Assembly (NCBI GenBank): GCA_051362555.1
Contig: CM120648.1
Coordinates: forward strand, 15,868,587 to 15,932,586
Direction of reading: 5' to 3'
DNA length: 64,000 bases
DNA from: Lingula anatina
Lineage: Eukaryota > Animalia > Brachiopoda
The position numbers and the translations under genes are program-made. How positions within the stretch are numbered: the stretch's first letter is position 1; each line of letters starts with the position of its first letter. The notes below the pieces were generated by a model, which worked only from the letters and a program-made list of their open reading frames with translations, did no database searches and was not told the DNA's origin. This document shows, piece by piece, positions 37,363 through 49,654 of this stretch.

Positions 37363-40300
37363 TCATTTTTCAGAGTACTCTGTGTGAATCTTCACTGATT
37401 TCTCATGCCGATGTAGGAGGTCAAATGTCATGAATGTAGTCAGTGACAGTCCTAAGAAACCGAAGGTGATGTAAATCTTGGTATCCATGCACATCAAGTG
37501 GGAGAGTGCGTACAGCACGCCGTACGTACCGTATAGGCCTATGCGTACTGTCACAAAGGCGGGCCATTTCTCATCAGGAAACATATGACCTATGTAAGCT
37601 GCAAGAAAAAATACATCGGAGTACAAATATGTGAAAAGACGTTATACAAATGTCACTAAATTATTTATATTTAGTTTTATTTGTGTACAATTTGCAGATT
37701 AAATAATTCATTTAAAAAGTCTGGCTTAATTTAAACTTGTTGTATGTCATCTCTAGAAGTTCTGGGGGTTTCACAAAAGTTGAACGACGGTTTTAGAAGT
37801 GATTGCACTGCTGTTTACAGGGTTTCATATAAAGTTCTAAATTCCCTTTTTAATTTTTTCTTGCAAATTTACCTGAACCGCGGGATACTACTGTGGTTGT
37901 TTAGAGATTGGTTATTACTCTCAAATGTGTTCAAGGATGTCAGCTAAATTTATTGTAGGTCCGCAAGCAAAGTCGCCTCAAGTAATGGGCTATCCTGTTT
38001 AGCTGTCTCCGGTATTAGCTTAATCTTAAAAATCTGGCATTCTGTGAAACTAGTCCTTTAAAAGAAAGCGTGTTTACGAACCTGCCGATTGCGTCATCCA
38101 GACAGCATCAGCCAATCCCCAGGCTCCTGGCAACAAGAAATGATACCCGTCCCACATGACATCCGGGTCAAAGGTCACCATACTTATCAGACATGCGCTG
38201 TTGGTGCATACAGCGAAGACGTACATGAATGGCCACCCCGTGTACTTGACCAATCGGCCTATCACTAGGTTACCTAGACACTGGCCTAACGAGAAGCATA
38301 TGATACTCCATCCATTGAAGTTAATTCCAAGTTCACAGCTGACGAAAGCCTGTAAAATGAAATTGAATTTCAGAGAGCAATTAATAAAAAAGACAAATAA
38401 TAAGCATTAAAAAGGGAATTTAATAAAGCAGTAAATTGGAAAAAATGTTTCTAGGGAAATGTACACAATGTTAACGTAGGTTCAATTCGCATAAGAGGTT
38501 TAGTTTTATACAACAACAAAGTACAAAATGTGAAATTAAACAATTTGACACTGTTTACATTGTATCACTGCTTTTTAATTTTTCAAAATTGGCATTTTAT
38601 ATTGAAAAAAGGTGAGGTGTTAAAAATAAATGTGCATAGTCAACGGTTACACCTGAAAGGAAAAAGGGACATTTCAAAAAGAAATAAAAGAAAAATAAAA
38701 ATAAATAAAATAAATAAACAGTCAAGGGCTCCTCAGAAGTGCGGGGGTTTCTAGCGCAAGCAAAAATACCTTTGTATATTCAGTCAGTAAAAGCTCCTGT
38801 TCAACTGCTATCATACCAAACACCGGAAGTAGCAATAGCATTTTCCGGTTCCATAGCAAACGGAGAATGGCGTTGCAGAAGTCTTTGGATCCGTGAGCTG
38901 AATCTTTCGATGTTGTTTTGATATTTTGCACAAATATGAGGGTTATACCGAACGCCAAAGTAACGAGACCAAGGAAGCAGCCTAGTAGGATATATACTAT
39001 GTATTGTTCTGGTTTTGTGATGTGGGTACCAGAGGTGTCCTCCCAGGGGCAGAAAGACGCTCCGCACAACTCGCTCAGGTTACCGTAGGCTTTCGTTCCG
39101 TTCCCGTTCGACTCCGGAGTGCTTAAAACGAGCGAGGAGATCAGGTTGCCCCAGATAGAGTTGGTGACGAAGATGGAAAAACCTTTGGGAATACAAAATA
39201 AAGTAAACATTAACTTTATAGTAATGCATTTCAGCCGAAAGAGTCTAATGTTAGGCTTGGGAGTGAAATAAGTATGGATAACGAGATAAAATGTCCCAAG
39301 AAGCATAATCTAGAAATATTATCGCGATAAACATGTCCAGTGTAAGTATTAAAATAAAAACTGATGTTAATGTTTTCATTTTTATTCCAATGCCAATTTC
39401 CAGTATTACCTAACCCGTTGAACATGCCCATAACCGACTCCGGGGCCTGCCCAGTGACGTCAGCATATTGGTATGCCAATGTTGTGACGTAGACACCGTG
39501 AGTGATGAACGTCTGTGCGTGGACTGGAATGAATGACAATTATTTTAAAGGTTTTTTTTCGATGAAAAGAGAACAATCACAAATCCTGAAACTTGATGTG
39601 CATCCACAACCAGTTGATTCGTGGACTTACAGATCGGCCATATTTGGTCCGAGGATCTGTGAGTCTGCGAATTAACTTTAGTTGTGAAGTGACCTTACTG
39701 CAGCAATGGATATATCACTCAAAAGGTCTTGAACAAATTTTTAGAAAATTAAATTGTTATTAAACTTAAGCAACCAGTCCAATCCAAAATCAATTAAACT
39801 AAATCCCAAACAAAGAATATCTTACCATGTTAATTCACCTATTCATTTGCCTAAAAATATTGATATTAAAACTTTTACATTTAATTACTACACTGTGATC
39901 TTAAGTTGAAAGTATTTGTTTTCATGACCAGTGGATAGACTTTTTGTAAATATGGACTTATTTACCAGCTGTACACTTACGTATTCCCACAATAAATGAT
40001 ATTGGTATTAAAACATACGGAATCACATAGAAGTGTGCAGCGATGAATAATCCCTGGCCAAAGAATCCTAAAAGCAGCGACCCTTTAGCACCAACCAGAC
40101 GCGTTAAAATCGGCGACGTCAAGGAGGAGAGAACCGCCCCGCCAAAATTACCCATCAGCGCAAACAAACCGATTTCTGGGTTAAGTATGGCTTCCAGATT
40201 CAGCAATTAAGAGAGCGGGGAGAACCCAAGCATCATGGCGACAGCAATAATGACGTTTTGGGAGAGAGGAAACCATTTCGTGTGCTTCTCTTTGGGTTGG

Positions 40301-40365
40301 TCTTGAGACAACAAAAGTTTCCTTTCAGAGGCGTCGTAAGGGAGATGTCCGTTTTCACTTTTCAT
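37363..40365 (-). pseudogene. unc93a: UNC-93-like copy 7: 5 exons, in-frame TAA at codon 53 (recent pseudogene, null allele or sequence error)
   Basis: Exons 40365-39981, 39523-39410, 39182-38770, 38349-38082 and 37598-37363. Exon 1 reads ...MLGFSPLS*LLNLEAILNPEIG (TAA at 40209-40207). The rest of the 471-codon frame and all splice sites are intact. Confidence 0.8.
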
Positions 40366-41000
40366 CGCAGATCAACTGCCAAAGCTCGTCGTTAAATACT
40401 TTTCACAGACAAATAACTTGGACAAAGAAGATGAAGATCTTCGATCAAAAATGGTTTTCCGTGTGAAGTCCCAAGCTCATTCTTTTACAATAGATGAGTG
40501 TTGCTGCTAAATCGCCTGTTGTTTTGCCTCCAGATACCCAAGTCTAGATATAAACTGTTCTTTGCCTATGTAAACAGTTTAATCGCAGGAGATACCGTAA
40601 CACAAAGGTACATGCATACTAACTTAACTAATTCAGCATTGCTGTACCTTTAACTATCGCACCTTCTTTATGTCCATATTTACGAGCATTGCTGTAGTTA
40701 AATATTACCTATTGCACTAAGTATATAGTATATAACGTACACTTTTTGATAAGAATGAAGGGTGATTTGACCGAATGTGAGTATATGAACACGCCCACTT
40801 CTCTCTCGAAGTCTTTCTCTGTTCATTGCGGAGTGATTGCTTTGCATGTGAATTGCACTTCAGTATTGAAAAGACTATTTTCTCAAAACAGTGTCACATT
40901 TGGGACTTTCCTGTATGCGTATAATATTTTTTATCACTTAAATAAAGTTAAAACTGAAATCATAACCTATATTTGTGTTGTTAGTATCATTATCATGTTT

Positions 41001-41034
<34 letters not shown>

Positions 41035-41519
41035 TTGACATAACAAAGTCTCGACATGACAAGATCATGTCTGTGTTATTTTCACAATGCGGCACACAAC
41101 ACAAATGACGCTACTAGCAATTATAGTCTTACCAGTACACAAGGCTACAGAACTTCTAATGTTCCAAAGGAAGTTTGAACTCACATTGCATTAACACGCC
41201 GCCTAGCGGCGTTAAGTATAGTACAAAAACGCTGGTGGTTATACGAGTCCGTTGGAAACAAGAGAAGAGCGTTTCATTCAACGCGAGTCCAACCGTAGTT
41301 GGCTCGGAATGGACCCTTCTTAATACGCTCACTACATTTCAAGCAAAAACATTCTGTTGCCGGGATATCGTGGGATATCTGTTACAACTACTCGCCCCTC
41401 ATCTTTTGCTACAAAAGAGACCGTCATATACCGGTATATCGAATGAGCTTTGATATGATTACTAGCTGGTATGCCGCATAAAGCGAACCACTGCGCAGTG
41501 CTGAAACTAGAACATATTA

Positions 41520-41714
41520 CAGGCCCGTAGCCAGGGGGGTTCTGGGGGGGGGGGAGGTCGCAAGAACCACCCCTTTTGCTGGGAAAAAGTCCACTCTATG
41601 TAAAATTTGATCTAGTACATAACATTTTTTATGGGAAAAGGTCCAATTTTCAGAAAAAGACCCCCCCCCCCCCCCCCCGGGCGGCCCGTTTGGAAATTGC
41701 TGGCTACGGCCCTG
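41520..41714. mobile_element. MITE between the divergently oriented copies 7 and 8
   Basis: TIRs CAGGCCCGTAGCCAG and CTGGCTACGGCCCTG, flanked by a tatta direct repeat. Confidence 0.75.
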
Positions 41715-42041
41715 TATTACTTATTTTTCGCAAATCATTTTTTGTGTTCTTTTTCAGAAACAACAGGATCGATTAACATCGCATTATGTATGCTTATACA
41801 TGTACGAAATCGCGCGTTTAAAACCCGATAGTATCCAAAAACAATCGATCACTCCGAGTTGTTGATATTAATACCCAGCGGGTTTAAGCCAGGTCGTTCA
41901 TGCACAGGGCTAACAACGTTATCGCCATTTCTTCTGCCCTGTCCTAGTTACATAACGTTCTGCTATCTGTTCAAGTAGATACACGTGCACGACATGGTCA
42001 TTTTGACATCTATGCTGCGCTAAGCCAACAAGACAAACAAC

Positions 42042-45000
42042 ATGGAGCTCAGCCGCTCCGGGCCCGTTCCCGAAAGTATTCCCGAGGAGAAACGACTGCT
42101 CCTTGGCTCCAACAGCGCCAAGCCTCGTCGCAGCAGATGGGGTCCCGTTCGACAGCTTCTGGTGTTATCTGCTGTTTATATGCTAGGATACTCACCACTT
42201 ACAGCTTTAATGAACTTAGAAGGGATACTTAATCCCGATATAGGATTATACGCGCTGTTGGTGCATTATGGAGGGGCGCTGGTTTCGTTTTTCACTGCTC
42301 CGATCTTGGCACGGATTTTTGGCGCCAAGGGATCGGTCTTGTTGGGGTTGTTTGGCCAGGGTTTGTTCATTGCCGTCCATTTCTATGTGGAGGTGTATTT
42401 GTTGCTGCCCGTGTCTTTCCTCGTAGGCATAAGTAAGTATAGATGAACATAAGACGTCAAACGTTATATTGCGTAAAATGTCACTTGTCAAGAACGGGAT
42501 AGTATAATTGCTTATATTTAAATTTCTGTTACCCCTACCCATGAGTTTTACATAGAGACAGACATATCTGATTGCATTTTAATTGTTAATGTGGGTTTTG
42601 TGTATGCGTGTGTATTTGATAAAATATGGCAGGCAAAATACGGTCCCCAGCCTTGTTGGGATGAAGAGACTAAATTGTATCGCTATTACCCTGGCACCAA
42701 AGACCTACTGCACCCAACTAACCCCCTCCCCCCCCCCCCCCCCCCCAGTCTTCAGCACTTCTATTATGGGTCAGCATGTCCTTTGATGGCGTACATGTCA
42801 CAGATATAATGTGGCTCTCCTAGTTAAATAGTAACTGGCGAAGAACAATGACTGCTCCGTATAGTACATTAGCACTCAACCGATATAGCAGTGTCACTGT
42901 ATCGATAGATCGTTCCACTTTATACACTCAGCGTGCAGTGCAAATGATATAAAAGACCCCTTCTCTTCGTTATCGGCAATCGAGAGAACGTCTGGTTAAT
43001 ACACGTGACATAGGTGGATGTGAGATATCACGTCACCCCCACCTCCCCCACAAGAGAGACCTGTTTGATAAAACTAAAGAATTTGGGGCACTTTGCAGCA
43101 ATCAGTACATGTACGCGGAACATACTTTGCGCGTGGCACTGCCTCAACATATCAATACCCCCTCTTTACTGCTGTGCCTGGAACCTTTCATGGGAGGGGA
43201 CAACACGTGGGACGTGTGCTTGTACATGTATCCCCCCTCCTTTTAACGTCGGCGGTGTCACCATCGTCGCCTCCTTTGTTCAAGAAAATAAATAAATAAA
43301 AGACGACGAAACGTACCCAGCAATTTTGATCCCTGAACATGGCGCCTGGCACTTGGTAGTAGAATTGCTCCCGTCTGTTATTATTTTATTATTATTATAA
43401 TTATTGGCAAGGCGAATACCGGGTATTTTGGTCCTCGTGACCCCCCCTCCCCTTCCGCAACCTCATGAATCTGGATCGTTTCACATGCGTTTCAGTGTAC
43501 TTCCTAAACTGTGTGTAAGTTTGTTTTTCCTTTTTTTTGCCCTTAAATTATAACTTAATGATTAATTTCAGCGCATGCACAGATGTGGATCAGCAACGGG
43601 GTGTACGTTACAACTTTAGGCTTGGAATATTCGGAGATCACGGGTCAACCTCAGGACTCCGTTATGGGTGTCTTCCAAGGCGTTTTCTTTAGCATTTTTA
43701 CCACGTGTGGAGTCTGGAGCAATTTGGTGTCATCATTAGTTCTAATAAAACCTGTAGACAGAACAGTAAACGGATCCACGGTAGTCCCGCAAATAGGAAA
43801 TCTAAGCGATTTGTGTGGGCCTGCTTTTTGCCCGTGGGAAGATACCTCCGGGACATACATAGAGCAACCGGATCAGACTTTAGTGTATATAATACTTGGA
43901 GCGTTTCTTGGGTTTATTTTGGTTGCCTTTACGGGGTGCCTTTTGCTCCTTCGGAATATCCATGCCAACACAGGGGACGCTTTAAATGGAGCTGGTGATT
44001 TTTGTTCGGCCACGATAAAGTTGCTGTGGAGTGGACGCATGCTTCTTATGATTCCTGTCGTGGCATATATTTCTGTTGAACAGGAACTCATTCAAACAGA
44101 ATTCACCAAGGTAGGCATTTCTGAATTAATGTGTGCAACATAGAGTCTGTTTTTCAAAGACTAAAAAAGCATTTAACGGGTGCTAGTAGTTAAAATTTAA
44201 CTCTGTCATGTGGATTTAATAAACCTTAACAAATTATTTTATCATAGCAATAGAATGCAACTAAATTCAAGTTGATGTTCGAAACTTACTTGTAAAAATA
44301 TTTGATCCAGAAAAGAATGCCATTGCAATGCATTAAAAATAACACTAGTAGTTTCGTTTACCACCTTACGTGTTCGTAAAATGTATCCTGGTAGCCATTG
44401 CTTCTCACATTTCTCACAACCATAAGGCCTTCATCAGGGAATGAGAGACATACATATGTTGACCATATCCAGGTGCACTATTTTAATTTTATTACATATC
44501 TAAGTAACAACGCAGATGGTTACTTTGATTACGTATTCCAGGCGTTTGTAAGCTGTGAGATCGGCATCCAGTACAACGGCTGGTCTATGATCTGTTACGC
44601 CAGCGGTCAAATCATTGGATCCACAGTGACTGGGCGATTGTTGAAGTACACGGGTTGGCCGATAATGTACGTCTTCGCCACGGCTGCCAACGCCTCCTGC
44701 TTAGCCAGCATGTTACTGCTGGATTCTTCCTCCAAAACCATGCTGTTTTACTTTCTGGTGCCCTTTGTCTGGGGGCTGGCCGATTCCGTGTGGCTGACGC
44801 AATCTTCAGGTAAGAAAGGCCGCCATGTTACGCTTGGTGCTGTGACGTCATATTAAGTCACCTAATAGTCTTTTAATATGACGTCATATTCCCTGAAGGT
44901 AAATTTTCCTACACGACGTCCTATGGGACACCAAAGGAAACTTACAGGACTCCAGTACGATAAATTAATGCTGGGGAGTGCAGTCTTGAGTTAGATGTAT

Positions 45001-45451
45001 AGCACTGCTGTAATAGTTTATATGGGAAGTGATATTGAACTATCTTTAGTTGTATGTTGGGTCGGACAAGTAATTTTTTGGGACTCGATCTCTCTGTAAT
45101 ATTGAGCAACTCAGTAAAGTTTCGGTAATTAAGGTTATATGATGTAAAGAAAGCAGTCGTTTTAAAATAACAAACCCATTTAATGCCTGCTTCTCTGTTT
45201 TGACTTTTTTAGCATTATTATTTTTATTTTCAGCCGTTGTTGGACATTTCTTCCCAGATCAGAAATGGCCTGTTTTCGTCACCATACGCAGCGCCATCTA
45301 TGCTACAATGGCGGTCGTTTTTGCCTATTCCAACTTTGTCTGCATGGATGCTAAGATTTATATCGCATTTGGCGGTGTTTTGATAGCACTTGTATCATTC
45401 ATGTCTTTTACAATGGTTCAACGGACTAAGAACAAGATGGTAGCATATTGA
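42042..45451 (+). CDS. unc93a: UNC-93-like protein A, copy 8 (inverted orientation); 4 exons, about 471 aa
   Basis: Exons 42042-42432, 43572-44110, 44542-44809 and 45234-45451. GT-AG introns with the same phases. Motifs GVWSNLVSSL, LCGPAFCPWED and WGLADSVWLTQ. AATAAA at about 45789. Confidence 0.9.
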
Positions 45452-46231
45452 CATCTAATAGACCGTTTCATGATATTAACTATTTATTTATGTTAACTTT
45501 TTCATGCCTGCTGATTCCTACGGAATATCGTCTGGAAACAAAATTATCCAAGGACAAGTCACAAAAAGACAAAAAGGACTGTAGGTTTTACGACATACAT
45601 TCTTTTTCCTACTAATATTTAAATGATGAAAATTATTTTCATATGAAACTCATATCTGTGTTTCAACACTATCAGGGAAATAACGTGCCATCGCGTATGC
45701 ATAAATGAAACCATTCTACAGCAATGCGCCAGATGTAAAGCACCCGGCTTCCGTGAAGCCTTTGATACTGTTTACAATGTAAATGAGAAATAAATATACA
45801 CCATAAATTTCATCTCTTCTTCATTCTTATTTCTACTTAAATGTATCCATTGACACAGAAAAGTACAATTACAATGTCTCAGATCGCATAATTTGTACGC
45901 TGCTAAAAACGAAGCAAGTCTTGACCCGATTATTTGGGAATTCACCACCCGGCAATGTGACCTGTTGATAGATTTCAGTACACGACGTGGTCTATTTGTA
46001 CGTGATATAAGCAGGCCCGCTTATTTATTTAGTTATCTATCTATTTATTTATTAACGTAGAGGCTGTGGTGCGGGGGTTTAAAGGAATGAATATATATCG
46101 CTTGGCTTTCGTTTTGCTTCTAATTCACGATTTGGGGAGAAGGGTGAGGTGAACATATATAAGACTGTGGGCAAAAACATTTCGACAGATTATCTCATCT
46201 AAGAGGCTTTATAAAAAAGAAATAAAGAGAA

Positions 46232-46271
<40 letters not shown>

Positions 46272-47125
46272 AAAGATAACCAAGTACTGCCCTCGCTCGA
46301 AATCATTATGTGCAACTGCTGCAATTAACTGTCACAATCTGCGAGTGAATGCAAATAACAGTTTCAATTTTCAATATTAATGACCCATTTCTTAAAGAAA
46401 GTCGCCTACCGACAACTAAATTATAAAATAAGGAAATCGAATTTGCTCATTTTGACCAAAGGTCTTAGAAAAAAAAACGTGCGAACTTGCGGGATATGCG
46501 GCGTGAATGGAATCAGAAATAAGGACAGAGGTCCAAGTGAGGTAAAGAATTAAAGCTGGCAGAATGAATTCATAGATATTTTTTTTCTATTTGTTTTCCC
46601 TTACGTTTGTCAATTGGCAATTACTTTCGCAACAATACGAATCAACCATATGTTGGGTGCCTTTTAAATTTTCTATTTCTTCCTAGGAAGATATTCTGAC
46701 GTTTCCTATGTATTTATGAGACGTACGTAACTCAAAAATTATGTGCTTTCCAACATATTATTTATTTTATTGTTACAACTTAATGACTACATGGTGATCT
46801 TTCTCCTTGTCTTGTCATCCATTGGAAATGTATATACATGTACACTGTACAAGAACCATCTGGAATGTAGTCAATAAATAACATGAAAAAATATAACACT
46901 GTGGTATTACCTTACTCGTGTAGAGATAAAGTCAACAACTTTGTCACAAAACCGCTAACTATCAAGACAGTGGAACCTTTGGACCGTATACATAGTCCAT
47001 ATACATAAGTAAATATACAAGTGATATTTTAAGTCATAAAATGATTCAACTTCATTTACCTTTTGGCACGTCGCCAACCGGTGGTTAATAAATAACAAAA
47101 GGTTGTGTTGCGTTAATATACAAAT

Positions 47126-48800
47126 AACTATACTGCAACTGTCTAAAGCCAGTGGCGGAGGATTCCCCTGCTAAATAGGCGTGGAAATGCTCTTACAAGG
47201 TCATGTGAAGGTCATGGGTTAAATTTGACGCCATATCCTGAAAGAGCATGCATATATGTGCGAATTGGGGGGGGGGGGGTGTTAACAAAACATCACTTTT
47301 AGCCCACTTCAATATTTCTCCATGAAATAGCCAAATGACCTTGAAAATGAGGGTCAAGGTCGAATTTGACATTTGCTTTGGGGGTATTGGGTATATGTTT
47401 GGGGTAGTTTACTATACCATGTTATCACAAAAAATCAATATTTCATGGAAAAATTGACAAAGTCACTATTTATGTGAAATTATTAATATTAAAAAATCTA
47501 TTTTAAAAAATCTAATCAGTCAATTGTCAATATTATTAGCGACTGCACTGGACTGCAACTTCTTACATCATCCTTGTGGCACTGTGACATCTGGTTTACC
47601 CCCTGCCGAGTGTCAACTACTTGGAGCATATCAGGGAATATGTTGACCTTGACCTGACCTACTTTCCTTAAATTGGGTCACATGATAAAGAATCATTGTT
47701 TGAACTCAGCTATGAAAGAGTCAAAATGTTAAAAATTCTACGAGATATTGAATTTTGAAATGTGCCAAATTTTCACTTTAAAAGGCTCTGTGACCTTGAA
47801 AATTAGGTCAAGGTCAAAAACATTGGGTGGACCGGAATAACTTTTCATAGGCTATCAGTGTGATTTTTTTTCAGAATTTAAGAAAGAAATTTTTTGACGA
47901 AAAATAAGAAGAAGAACTAGACTGCAACTGGATAAAGCCAGTGGCGGAGGATTCCCCTGCAAAATAGGTGTGGAAATGCTCCTACAAGGTCATGGGTTTA
48001 ATTTGACCCCGTATTCTGAAAGAGCATGCGCGAATTGGGCGGGGGGTCAACAAAACATCACTTTTAAACCACTTCAATATTTCTCAATGAAATAGCCAAA
48101 TGACCTTGAAAATGCGGGTCAAGGTCAAATTTGACATATGAGTTGGGGGTGTTGGGTATATGTTTGGGGTAGTTTACTATAGCATGTTATCACAAAAAAT
48201 CTATATTTCATGGAGAAATTGACAAAGTCACTATTTCTGTGAAATTATTAATATTTAAAAATCTATATTAAAAAATCTAATCAGTCAATTGTCAATATTA
48301 TTAAATACTGCACTGGATAGATATCTAGGGCAACTTTTTACATCATCTTTGTGGCTATGTGACATCTGGTTTACCCCCTGCCGAATGCCAACCTTTGAAA
48401 GCATATAGTGCAATAAGTTGACCTTGACCTGACCTACTTATCCTAAAATTAAGTCACATGATACAGAATTATTGTGTCACCTTACCTTTGAAAGGATTTG
48501 TCAAAATGTTGAAAATTCTAGGAGATATTGCATTTTGAAATTTGCAAAATTTTCACTTTAAAAGGCTCTGTGACCTTGAAAATTAGGTCAAGGTAAAAAA
48601 AATTGGGTGGACCGGAATATGTTTTCATAGGCTATCAGTATGAATTTTTTTCAGAATTTTAAAAAGAATTTTTTTGACGAAAAATAATAATAAGAAGAAG
48701 AATAAGAACAGGAAAAACAATAGTAATCCCCTATGGGGAATCCTAATAAGATTAATAACAGGAAAAACAATAGTATTCCCCTATGGGGAATCCTAATAAT
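47126..48800 (+). mobile_element. Helentron/HINE-like element made of two tandem units of about 789 bp
   Basis: Units start at 47126 and 47915 (aacta.actgcaactg..taaagccagtggcggaggattcccc) and contain internal tgaccttga...tcaaggtca palindromes. An (AAT/AAG)n tract precedes a doubled 3' hairpin tcccc-tat-gggga, whose ggggaatcc is inverted to the left-end ggattcccc. Confidence 0.65.
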
Positions 48801-49579
48801 AATAATAATAAAGCTTCGTGTATAGGTCTATGGGAATAAAATATAGTTAACCAACAACAAAAAATGCGTAAGCATCTGTTCGCTTTTCCTGCTAGTAATG
48901 TGTCGTAGACATAGAATGTTGCCACTTCCTTCTTGCTCATGTTATATGTCATCAACTGATGGTTAATACATAACAAAAAGTTTAAAGATGCTATATTATA
49001 AATATACTTAATTTTTTGTGATAAGTCACCTCTATCCAAGGGCGTCCACAGGGGAGGGGGGTTAATGGGGTCACTTGCCCCTCTGGGATTTTGGCGGGCA
49101 CCTTAATTGCGGGTACCAAACCAATCATTAACTCCTGCTCCAAAGACTTTGACCCCCCCCTCCCCTGGAACATTTTCTGCTGACGCCCATGCCTATATCT
49201 TACATTTTCCTGATTATAATCCAGGCTATGCAAACGTATAAAGTCTACACTGCAAAGTTCATCTTGTTTGTTAACAATGGGATAATGGGATAATCGCTAA
49301 TATGATAATATTTGTGGCTACTTCCCTTTGTTAAAGGCAATGTAACAAGGCATCTGCACGTTTATAAGAACGCTTTTAAACGATGTGTACATAGCCAATT
49401 GCTGTATATGTACCATTAAATGATGCCAGTAGATAAAGAAGTATTTTGTTTTCTGTCTTCAAGTCAGTCTACAACTATGTAAAATACTTATCAAATATTA
49501 AGACAACATATTTTAATTACAAGGGCCCTTTTTATGAAGTCAAAGAAGCAATATAAACAATTAATTTTGGATTGGGTTC

Positions 49580-49631
<52 letters not shown>

Positions 49632-49654
<23 letters not shown>

